Shown: positions 29,694 through 38,800 of the stretch, piece by piece
How the letters are laid out: each line of letters starts with the position of its first letter
How positions within the stretch are numbered: position 1 is the stretch's first letter
From: an uncultured Bacteroidales bacterium
GTDB lineage: Bacteria > Bacillota_I > Bacilli_A > ML615J-28 > CAG-698
Assembly: GCA_964411675.1 (NCBI GenBank)
Contig: CAYPLR010000002.1
Coordinates: 25,536 to 89,535, forward strand
Direction: 5' to 3'
Length of the DNA stretch: 64,000 nt
Position numbers and translations under genes: made by a program
The notes under the pieces: model-generated
The model's database searches: none
What the model was told of the DNA's origin: nothing
Seen by the model: only the letters and a program-made list of their open reading frames with translations

Positions 29694-31176
29694 TAGTTCG
29701 CATGTGTGGGAATAAGATAACATCCCGAATAGAATCGATTTGTCCTAGTAGCATAACGGTTCTATCAATACCGATGCCAAGACCACCAGTAGGAGGCATG
29801 CCATATTCTAATGCTTCAACATAGTCGTTATCCATCTCAGTTGCTTCATCATTTCCTAAAGCTTTTTCCTTCAATTGATTAACAAAGCGTTCGCGTTGAT
29901 CAATTGGATCGTTTAATTCACTAAAAGCATTGGCAAATTCCTTTTTATTAATAAATAGTTCAAATCTTTCAGTGAATCTAGGATCTTTGCTCTTTTTTGC
30001 TAATGGACTAATCTCAAGAGGATGCCCAAAGACAAATGTTGGTTGAATTAATGTTTCTTCAACATACTTTTCAAAGAAAAGATTAATAATATGACCGATT
30101 GATTGTTGATGTTTACCTACAACAATTTCATGCTTCTTAGCAAGCATTAGCGCTTCATCAAGATTGGTTATTTCAAAGAAATCAAGACCAGTTATTTCTT
30201 TAATTGCATCTACCATATGAATTCTTTTAAAAGGTTCTCCAATATGAATTAGATTTCCTTGGTATTCAATATCAGAATTTCCTAAAATAGATTTACTGAT
30301 TGTTTGGAAACATTCTTCGATTAAATCCATCATACCTTCCATATCAGAATATGCCAAATAAGCTTCTACTGTTGTGAATTCAGGATTATGGGTTGAGTCC
30401 ATTCCCTCATTACGGAAAAGACGACCAATTTCATAAACAGCTTCCATACCACCAACGATTAACCTCTTTAGTGGTAGCTCAGTAGCAATGCGCAAATAAA
30501 AATCCATATCTAATGTATTATGATGAGTTACAAAGGGTCTAGCATTTGCACCACCAAGAATTGGTTGTAAAATTGGAGTTTCTACTTCAACAAAACCCTT
30601 ACTATCAAAAAAGTTTTGAAAAGCTCGAATAATTCTTGGGCGCAAAAAAGCAATTTTCTTGGAATCTTCATTCACAATTAAATCTACATAACGATGGCGT
30701 CTTGCTTCTTCACGATCCTGTAAACCATGAAATTTCTCTGGTAAGGGACGTAAAGCTTTAGAAAGATGAGTATATTTATTTACTTTGATGGTAATTTCTC
30801 CAGTATCGGTTCTAATAACTTGTCCTTCGATACCAACAAAATCCCCGATATCACCTTTTTTAAAAAGTTCGTATTCAGTTTCAGTTAAATGGTCACTACG
30901 AACATAAATTTGTAATTGACCAAATTTATCTTGGATGTGCATAAAGCCGACCTTGCCCTTAAAGCGCTTAGTCATAATTCTTCCTGCAACAGTAGCAAAG
31001 ACATTCAATTCTATTAATTCTTCTTTTGTAGCATTTTCATATTTTGTTTTCAACTCTAAAGAATTTGTAGTCCGTTTAAAAGCACTGCCAAAAGGATCAA
31101 TTCCCATTTCGCGAAGAGCTTCCATTTTTTGGCGGCGGACTAGTTCTTGATCGTTTAAGTATAATTCATCTGCCAT
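29689..31176 (-). CDS. lysS: lysine--tRNA ligase (class II)
   Basis: 495 aa with class II motifs ([14 protein letters not shown]) and an N-terminal OB anticodon-binding domain. GAGGTGA sits 6 nt before the ATG. Confidence 0.95.
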   Translation of the reverse strand: MADELYLNDQELVRRQKMEALREMGIDPFGSAFKRTTNSLELKTKYENATKEELIELNVFATVAGRIMTKRFKGKVGFMHIQDKFGQLQIYVRSDHLTETEYELFKKGDIGDFVGIEGQVIRTDTGEITIKVNKYTHLSKALRPLPEKFHGLQDREEARRHRYVDLIVNEDSKKIAFLRPRIIRAFQNFFDSKGFVEVETPILQPILGGANARPFVTHHNTLDMDFYLRIATELPLKRLIVGGMEAVYEIGRLFRNEGMDSTHNPEFTTVEAYLAYSDMEGMMDLIEECFQTISKSILGNSDIEYQGNLIHIGEPFKRIHMVDAIKEITGLDFFEITNLDEALMLAKKHEIVVGKHQQSIGHIINLFFEKYVEETLIQPTFVFGHPLEISPLAKKSKDPRFTERFELFINKKEFANAFSELNDPIDQRERFVNQLKEKALGNDEATEMDNDYVEALEYGMPPTGGLGIGIDRTVMLLGQIDSIRDVILFPHMRTK

Positions 31177-31244
31177 TAGTTTTCACCTCGTATTTCTTAT
31201 ATATTATAGCATAAAAAAAATAATTTACAAATAATACTTATAAA

Positions 31245-31952
31245 TTATTCTTCAACATATGGGTATAGAAGACTTGTTATAAAACAATAACCATCTAAAG
31301 ATATATGCAAACCTTCCACTGTATATTCTTTTTTCAAACGACAATCCTCATCTAGAAGGTGAGGGAAAATATCGATATAGGTAATATTTTGTTCTTTCGC
31401 AAATGCAACAAGAGCACTATTGATTGTTTCGATATCTGCTTGTTTGCGTCTACCAACGATAATTTTACTGACAGCCATTGCCTTATCATTAATGGGATAT
31501 AAAGATATTAAATATAACTTTGTTTCTGGTAATTTTTCTATTAGAATAGAAATAATCTTCTTAATATTGTTTATAATATAGAGAGGTTTTTTATTCTCAT
31601 TTAAATCGTTTGTTCCGATTTGTAAGAAAATTTTCTTTGGTTTCATCATGATAACATTAGACTCTAGTCGATCTAGAACATCATCAGTAGTGTCGCCAGC
31701 GATACCCCGATTGTAGATGTTAAAATCACGAAGAAATTCATCAGTTCGATAAAACTCTGTTAGAGAATCGCCTAAGAATACAATGCTTTCTTTTTCAAGG
31801 TCTCGATTCAACAATTCATAATACTCTTTTTTTCCTGCTTTGCTACTTTTCATGTATTTAAGAAAAGCGTGGAAAAAAATCGAAATTAGTACAATATTAG
31901 ATAAAAAAAGAATAATAAATATAAAAAAAATCACATTTTCAAAAGTAAGCAT
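31245..31952 (-). CDS. SGNH/GDSL-family hydrolase, membrane anchored
   Basis: N-terminal TM, catalytic block IVFLGDSLTE, and GTNDL. AGGAGG sits 6 nt before the ATG. Confidence 0.75.
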   Translation of the reverse strand: MLTFENVIFFIFIILFLSNIVLISIFFHAFLKYMKSSKAGKKEYYELLNRDLEKESIVFLGDSLTEFYRTDEFLRDFNIYNRGIAGDTTDDVLDRLESNVIMMKPKKIFLQIGTNDLNENKKPLYIINNIKKIISILIEKLPETKLYLISLYPINDKAMAVSKIIVGRRKQADIETINSALVAFAKEQNITYIDIFPHLLDEDCRLKKEYTVEGLHISLDGYCFITSLLYPYVEE

Positions 31953-32060
31953 AATTTTCCTCCTAGATAATTATACCATAAATTTAAGAAAAATCATATA
32001 AAAACTTTGTCTTATAACCAAATTATGATATAATCTTATGTAATGTAAATAGGTGAAAAA

Positions 32061-32585
32061 ATGGAATGGTTTATTACGGGTGGTATCATAGCATTAGGAG
32101 TTGTTGCTTTTATCATTTTTACAATTATAAATAACAAAAACAACAACAAAATAATAGAAGAACACTTAAAAGAAATCGCAAAAAAACATAATATGAAATT
32201 GTCATTAGGAAATAAAGAAGACCATGATTATCTGATTGAGAATATGGATGTGGCGTTATATATAAAAAAAGCGATGATTCCTAGTAACTCCTCGGTTACT
32301 ATCAATGCCCGTAGTACTTGGTGTTTAAGGTGGGGTGGGAAACGCCTGGGAAGAAGTTATCCTAATATGCGGTATATGAATGAATTAATCCCATATCTGG
32401 TTCGTGATTACCAAAGCGAGAAAAAAGTAGTTAAAATAGTTTTAATTTATCCTAATACGGAAGTAATCTTAAAATATTTGAATGAAAGCGAACTAGCAAT
32501 AGTCAGTCCTCTAGATAATAATTATGGAACAAAAGTAGTCAGATTTTTAGATTTTGAAGAAACAGTTAAAGAATTAATAAAATAG
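32061..32585 (+). CDS. hypothetical membrane-anchored protein
   Basis: 174 aa with N-terminal TM. -10 TGATATAAT and RBS AGGTGA upstream. Confidence 0.45.
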   Translation: MEWFITGGIIALGVVAFIIFTIINNKNNNKIIEEHLKEIAKKHNMKLSLGNKEDHDYLIENMDVALYIKKAMIPSNSSVTINARSTWCLRWGGKRLGRSYPNMRYMNELIPYLVRDYQSEKKVVKIVLIYPNTEVILKYLNESELAIVSPLDNNYGTKVVRFLDFEETVKELIK

Positions 32586-32606
32586 AAAGTCTAATCGGAG
32601 AAAGTT

Positions 32607-33533
32607 ATGAAAAAAGCATTATTATTGTTTATTTTAATAGGAATTGTAATGATGATTACAGGGTGTAAATTAAGCGATCAAGCAGATATCTATACCACTG
32701 TTTATCCAATTGAATTTGTCACAAAGGAAATTGTGAAAGACAAAAAAATAGTCAAGTCTGTTTATCCCCGTGGAGGAGAAGTTCATGACTATGAACCATA
32801 TCCTAAACAAATTATAGCAATTGCTGATTGTGATATTTTGTTTTATATTGGATTGGGATTAGAGCCCTTCATAGAGAATGCGTTAACAACAACTTTTAGT
32901 AATTTGAAAACTGTAAAAGTAACGGATGGCTTACAACTTGTTGAAATGGATGGGACACACGTTCATGGCGAGGGAGAAAGTAACCACGAAGGTGAGATTT
33001 ATGACACTCATGTTTGGCTAGATCCGATTTCCTTAATAGGAATAACGAATACAATTCTTCAAGAATTAATCCTAATATATCCTGAATATACAGAAGAGTT
33101 CACAAACAATGCCAATGCATTAGTTTTAGAACTAGAAATACTAAATAATGAATTTGTTGAAGCATTGATGGATGAAACAATCACGAGTAAAACAATTATG
33201 GTTGATCATGATGCTTATGCTTATTGGACATTTCGTTATGGAATTAATCGTATTAAATTACGTAGTGACAACGAAAGTAATGAAGTTGATGCGGCAACTC
33301 TAATAGAAAAAATTAATCAAGCAAAAGAATTGGGAATTAAATATATAATTGCTTCTAAAAATGAAACAAAATCAGCGTTGTTCGATCAATACTTATCAAA
33401 TTTAAATGCGGAACAAGAAGAATTACATCATTTAGGAACGATAACAACCAACGAATTAAAAGCTGGTAAAAATTATTTAACAATTATGCGAGACAATTTA
33501 CAGGTATTAATTAAAGTTTTACCACGTGAATAG
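32607..33533 (+). CDS. metal (Zn/Mn) ABC transporter substrate-binding lipoprotein, ZnuA/TroA family
   Basis: Lipobox ITGC. Metal-binding motifs DTHVWLDP and HDAYAYW. No cognate permease or ATPase adjacent. Confidence 0.75.
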   Translation: MKKALLLFILIGIVMMITGCKLSDQADIYTTVYPIEFVTKEIVKDKKIVKSVYPRGGEVHDYEPYPKQIIAIADCDILFYIGLGLEPFIENALTTTFSNLKTVKVTDGLQLVEMDGTHVHGEGESNHEGEIYDTHVWLDPISLIGITNTILQELILIYPEYTEEFTNNANALVLELEILNNEFVEALMDETITSKTIMVDHDAYAYWTFRYGINRIKLRSDNESNEVDAATLIEKINQAKELGIKYIIASKNETKSALFDQYLSNLNAEQEELHHLGTITTNELKAGKNYLTIMRDNLQVLIKVLPRE

Positions 33534-33568
33534 GATAAGAATTTATACGTAAAAAAAGCAAAAAAGGC

Positions 33569-33597
33569 TTGCATTTCATCTTCATTTATAGTAAAAT
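33569..33597 (+). promoter_or_regulatory. sigma-A promoter for the tRNA pair
   Basis: TTGCAT, a 17-nt spacer, then TAAAAT, 30 nt upstream of tRNA-Tyr. Confidence 0.65.
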
Positions 33598-33626
33598 AAT
33601 AAGGCAGTTTAAAAACTGCTTAAATT

Positions 33627-33711
33627 GGTGGGGTAGCGAAGTGGCTAAACGCGGTGGACTGTAAATCCACTCTCTCCGAGTTCGGTGGTTCGAATCCACT
33701 CCCCACCACCA
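33627..33711 (+). tRNA. tRNA-Tyr (GTA), type II with long variable arm, CCA encoded
   Basis: Acceptor GGTGGGG/CCCCACC, anticodon loop cTGTAAa, long extra arm CTCTCCGAGTTCGG, T-arm GGTTCGAATCC. Confidence 0.9.
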
Positions 33712-33765
33712 TTATTCTCTTTACGTTCTAAAAAGTACCTTTATGTACTTTTTATGACAGGTTGT

Positions 33766-33841
33766 AGGGCTATAGCCAAGCGGTAAGGCAACGGACTTTG
33801 ACTCCGTCATTTCTCTGGTTCAAATCCAGATAGCCCTGCCA
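33766..33841 (+). tRNA. tRNA-Gln (TTG), CCA encoded
   Basis: Acceptor AGGGCTA/TAGCCCT, D-arm AGCCAAGCGGTAAGGC, anticodon loop cTTTGAc, T-arm GGTTCAAATCC. Confidence 0.9.
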
Positions 33842-33865
33842 TTTTTTATTTAAAATAGATCAATC

Positions 33866-33903
33866 AAATCTCTATCTACATGTAGTATAGAGATTTTTTA
33901 TAT
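33866..33903 (+). terminator. rho-independent terminator after the tRNA genes
   Basis: Imperfect hairpin ATCTCTATCTACA / TGTAGTATAGAGAT followed by T6. Confidence 0.6.
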
Positions 33904-33972
33904 TATATATAAAGTACATATCTATTATGTACAAAGCACATAATAAATATGTACTTTGTAGATTCAAATGTA

Positions 33973-34001
33973 TTGCGTAGAATAGTTAAGTGTGATAAAA
34001 T
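33973..34001 (+). promoter_or_regulatory. sigma-A promoter with extended -10 for the LRR lipoprotein gene
   Basis: TTGCGT, a 17-nt spacer, then TGaTAAAAT. Confidence 0.6.
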
Positions 34002-34149
34002 TTAATCAAAGATAGAATTTATTTGTTGGCTTTTGTTTTTGCGGTTGTTTCTAGAGAAAAACAGGTGTAAAAGCTAATAACCTCTCTAGAAGAAAACCAC
34101 ATCGTGGCTTTTTTGTTATAGATCGAAATAGATTATAGACGGAGGGAAT

Positions 34150-35622
34150 ATGAAAAAAATCTATACAATATGTTTCGTTTTATTAGGATTATTACTATTG
34201 TCAAGCTGTAAGCCAGAAAAAGAAGTAAGTAGCATTGAAGTAATTATGGATAAAGTCATGTATAATATCGAGGATTTTTCATTATCAGATATCAAGATAA
34301 AAGTAAATTATGGTGATAATTCAAATGAGACCATTCCTCTAGATAAAAGCATGATTTCAAGTGAAGACCAAACTCGCCTTAAAACACCTGGGTATTACTA
34401 TATTTGGGTTAATTACAAGGGAAAAGCAGCAGAAATGGAGATTTACTTAGCAATCGTTCATACAGTCAGTTTTGGAGAAATTTCTCAAGTAGAAGTAGTT
34501 GATGGAACCTATGTATGGAAGCCAATAGATCCGCAACAAGAAGGGAAAATTTTTGAAGGATGGTACTTAGATAGTGCTTTAACAATCATGTATAATTTTG
34601 ACACAGCGGTTACTTCCGATTTGAAACTTTATCCTAAGTGGTATGAGCAATCAATGGATACTTCCGATTTTATCATTGAATATACTTATTATGGATATAG
34701 TGTTGTGAGTTATTTAGGAAACGATCAAACAATTATAATCCCTACTACTTATAATGATGGGATAAATGGTTCTGGTCCAGTAGTTAGAATTGCTGATGAT
34801 TTATTTAGAGAAAATAGTGACCTTATTAGTGTTACCTTACCGAATAGTATTCAATATATTGGTGAATTTGCATTTGGCTATTGTGACTCATTACAAACAA
34901 TAAATTTTCCGAATGGACTTTTGGAAATTGATGATTATGCGTTTTATTCGTGTACAAGTCTACAAAACATAACATTACCTAATACAATAACAAAAATTAA
35001 TAAAGGAACCTTTGCAGATTGCGATACATTAACAACAGTGATCATTCCTCAAGGAGTTGAAAGAATAGAAAATAGTGCTTTTAATGATTGTGATAGTTTA
35101 GTAACAATTAGTTTTCCTCAAAGCTTAATCGCGCTAGGAGAAGAAGTATTTATGCATTGTCCCAATATTAAAACAATTTCACTTCCTAATAGTGTTACAG
35201 CTGTTGGCCAAGGAGCATTCAACGAATGTGATGGTTTAACTAGTATTACTCTTTCAAATAATTTACAAGCAATTGATGCATGGACTTTTGCTTATTGTTC
35301 AAGTTTGACTAGTATCAATCTTCCAACTGGAATTACTGAAATAGGAAGTTATGCTTTTACAGAAGCAACGGGTATTACGAGCATTACACTTCCAGCAACG
35401 GTAACCAAAATAGATTTTGGAGCTTTTGAATACTGCACGGCTTTAAAAACTTTATTTATTCCTAGTAGTGTTATAACAATTACTGATTCTATAGCTGAAG
35501 GATGTAATGAATTAACAATATACTGTCAAACTGGTTCAAAACCATTAGGATGGAGTGAAAAGTTTAATCGTTTAGATTCGTGGGGTGGAGTAGTTACTGT
35601 TGTATGGGGGTATAATAATTAG
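34150..35622 (+). CDS. surface lipoprotein with Listeria-Bacteroides repeat and BspA-type leucine-rich repeats
   Basis: Lipobox LLSSC. The repeat EGKIFEGWYLDSALTIMYNFDTAVTSDLKLYPKW, then ~9 tandem about 23-aa LRRs of the form IPxxVxxIxxxAFxxCxxLxxI. Confidence 0.75.
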   Translation: MKKIYTICFVLLGLLLLSSCKPEKEVSSIEVIMDKVMYNIEDFSLSDIKIKVNYGDNSNETIPLDKSMISSEDQTRLKTPGYYYIWVNYKGKAAEMEIYLAIVHTVSFGEISQVEVVDGTYVWKPIDPQQEGKIFEGWYLDSALTIMYNFDTAVTSDLKLYPKWYEQSMDTSDFIIEYTYYGYSVVSYLGNDQTIIIPTTYNDGINGSGPVVRIADDLFRENSDLISVTLPNSIQYIGEFAFGYCDSLQTINFPNGLLEIDDYAFYSCTSLQNITLPNTITKINKGTFADCDTLTTVIIPQGVERIENSAFNDCDSLVTISFPQSLIALGEEVFMHCPNIKTISLPNSVTAVGQGAFNECDGLTSITLSNNLQAIDAWTFAYCSSLTSINLPTGITEIGSYAFTEATGITSITLPATVTKIDFGAFEYCTALKTLFIPSSVITITDSIAEGCNELTIYCQTGSKPLGWSEKFNRLDSWGGVVTVVWGYNN

Positions 35623-35654
35623 CAAATACATGATAATATTGCGAAATATTTGCA

Positions 35655-35685
35655 GATTCTAAAGATTTTCTTTAGAATCTTTTTA
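35655..35685 (+). terminator. rho-independent terminator
   Basis: GATTCTAAAG-atttt-CTTTAGAATC followed by T5AATT. Confidence 0.75.
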
Positions 35686-35852
35686 ATTAAGGAGGGAAAT
35701 TCACTTTATTCTAAAAAAGCGTTGTCTTTTCCTTATCTGTATTATATAATTATGCTTAAGGGTAATTTTTTAAAGTAGATAACAAAAAACACCTTGATAG
35801 CTACTTACTTTTTATTGTGGGATAATAAGATTAAACGTAAAGAGGAAAATGA

Positions 35853-38800
35853 ATGAATCTTAAAAAAACAATTCTGGTTATTGATAAAGATTATCAAGAA
35901 TCTATTTTTTTAAACGATTTTTTAGCTAGTGAATTTGATGTTTTAACAATCAATGATGAATGTATCATAAATAATATAATCAATACCCAAAAAGAAAATT
36001 TGTTAATCATTTTAATTAGTGATACATTTATGAATGAAAATATTACAAGCAAAGGTGTTATTGATAGAATTAAGGCTCTAAAAATTCCTTTATTGGGAAT
36101 TGTGAGTCAAAAAGGGAATGGCGAAGAAAAAAAATTCTTAGACTTAGGAATTATTGATCTTTTATATAAACCCTTCACTTATGGCGATGTTTTTGGGGAA
36201 ATAGTAAATATCGTTAAAAAAGACAAAACTCAAAAACAATTACAACTTATTATGGATAATATTACTGGAGGAGTTTTGCTTATTGATGTGGGAGAAACCC
36301 TTCGATGTTTATATGTAAACCAAGGCTTTTTTAGTTTTAGTGGGTATAGTGAAGAAAAATATCATCAAAACATGCAAATAGATATTGCAAGATATATTTT
36401 TTCTGAGGATGAACCTTTTGTAAGAAACCAATTAACACAAGCTGTAAAGGATAATAAACCTTTTTCTTTTGATTTTCGTACAACAATTAAAGAAAATGAA
36501 ATTAGATGGTTTTATGCACAAGGAACACCAATAAAAGATAATGAAACTACAGATTCGATGGTATTGGTTTTATTAACTGATATAACAAAATTAAAGAATG
36601 CCGAAGAAGAACTTTCACGAACTTCCTCTCAGTTGTCAATGATTATCAAAAATTTAAACTGTGGAATTGCCATTTTTTTATTAGATGAAGATATTGAACT
36701 ACTTTATGGGAATGGAACTTTATCAAAATTAATGGGATTTAAAAATGATGAAATTCGCAATTTATCAAGCGAATCCTTATCAAAATGTGTTTATGAAAAA
36801 GATTTTGAGAAATTTAAAAAGTATTTAAAAGAAGCTAGCCAAGAAAAAACAGATTCAAAAATAGATATAAGATTTATAAAAGGAAATGCAACCATTAACT
36901 GGGTTCGATTTAACGCGGAAAGAATCAGTGAAAATAGCAATAAATCATTAGTATACGGTATATTCTTAGAAATTAATAAGGAAAAAGCTCAGGAAGAGCA
37001 TACACAAAAAACAACAGAAGAACTAACATATCGTGCCAACTATGATTTATTGACAGGCGTTTTTAATAAAACAGCATTTTGTAATGCTACCTATACGATG
37101 CTTAAAATTTATCCTCAGAAGAAATTCATTCTTACTATGTGGAACATCGAGCAATTTAAAATTATTAATGATTTATTGGGAATCAAAACAGGAGATAGAA
37201 TTTTACAAATAATCGCTAATCGTTTTGCAAACATATTATCTGGTCAAGGTACTTATGCTCGAGCTGAAGCAGATCACTTTGTAACGTGCTTTCCAAAAGA
37301 TCAATTCGATGTTGAAGAAATCTTAAATGATATCGTTAATAGTATTGGACAATTGAAAATACAAAATCAAATTAGAATTGTTGCAGGAATCTATGAAGTA
37401 GATGATATTAATATTCCTGTTGAACAAATGTGTGATCGTGCAGCATTAGCTATGCAGACAATTAAAGGAAAATTCTTAAAGAACTTTGCTTATTATGATG
37501 ATCATTTGCGACTGAGCCTAGTTGTAGAGCGAGAGATTGTTAACGAAATGATACAAGCAATTGAGAATCGAGAATTTACAATTTACTTACAACCAATTTA
37601 TAGTCTTGCAAAGAATGAAGTAATCGGTGCAGAAGCATTAGCTAGATGGATTCACCCTCAAAAAGGAGTCATCAGCCCAAGTGTATTTATTCCTGTTTTT
37701 GAAAGAAATGGGTTTATTGCAAAATTGGATTACTATATTTGGGAAGAAACATGCCGTTATATTCGTAAACGAATGGATGAAAATAAGAAACTGATTCCTA
37801 TTTCTGTCAACGTATCACGATTAAGTTTATATAATCCTTTTTTGTGCGAAGAAATTGTTGAATTGATTGATAACTATGGAATAAATCATAATTTATTACG
37901 CTTTGAAATTACAGAAACAGCGTATAACGATAATCCAAAACAATTATTATCAACAATCAGTAAAATGAAAAAAGAAAAACTAAAAATTATGATTGATGAT
38001 TTTGGTAGTGGATATTCATCATTGAACGCATTGAAAGAAATACCAGTAGACATTATCAAAATGGATATGAAGTTTCTAGAAGGAGTAAAAGAATCGAATC
38101 GTGCTGATAGTATCTTAACTTCTGTTATTAGAATGGCAAAATGGATAGACAATCCAGTGATTGCTGAAGGAGTAGAGACAGAGACACAACTACATTTCTT
38201 GAAGAGTATTGGTTGTGATCGAATTCAGGGATATTATATTTCTCCGCCATTACCAGTAGAACAATTCGATAAATATCTTGAATCGAATCCTAAAGTATAT
38301 ATCGGAGAAGCACCCCTTCAATTGGTTGTCGATCAACTTGATTTAGGTGCACTATTCAGTGGGAATCCACTCTTGACTTATTTTTTAGATAACATCGCAA
38401 GTGGTGTAGGAGTTTATGAATTTTATAAAGGGAATTTAATTGGACTTAGAGTTAATAATGCTTACTATAAAATCATGGGTTACACGAAAGAGACCTTCTT
38501 GCAAGATGCAAAAAGCATTTTACAACAAGTTTATGAAGAAGATAGAAAAAAACTTATCGATGCTTGTAAATTAGTAATTAGTAATAAGAAACCAGAAAAA
38601 TTATTATTTAGAAGATATCGTGCCGATAAAGTAATTATCTGGTTGGATTCAAATATTAATTATTTAGGTGGATCAAAGAAAAAGCCTTTGATATCGATTA
38701 CTATTAGTGATGTTACTATTAGTGTTCAAGATAGAAAACTATTGAGTTATCAAGAAGAAACCATTATGCGATCATATCGTTTCCTAGCAAAATTATATGA

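Noticed and set aside
31177-31244. T-box leader upstream of lysS or glyA
   Set aside because: The upstream intergenic regions are only ~60-70 nt, too short for a T-box (~200-300 nt), and contain no specifier or T-box consensus.
34008-34149. Assignment of the lipoprotein leader to a c-di-GMP (GEMM) riboswitch class
   Set aside because: It is tempting because of the adjacent GGDEF/EAL gene. However, the GGCAAA / ACGCAAAGC signature blocks of GEMM-I are absent, and I could not match any class from memory. I left it as an unclassified structured leader.
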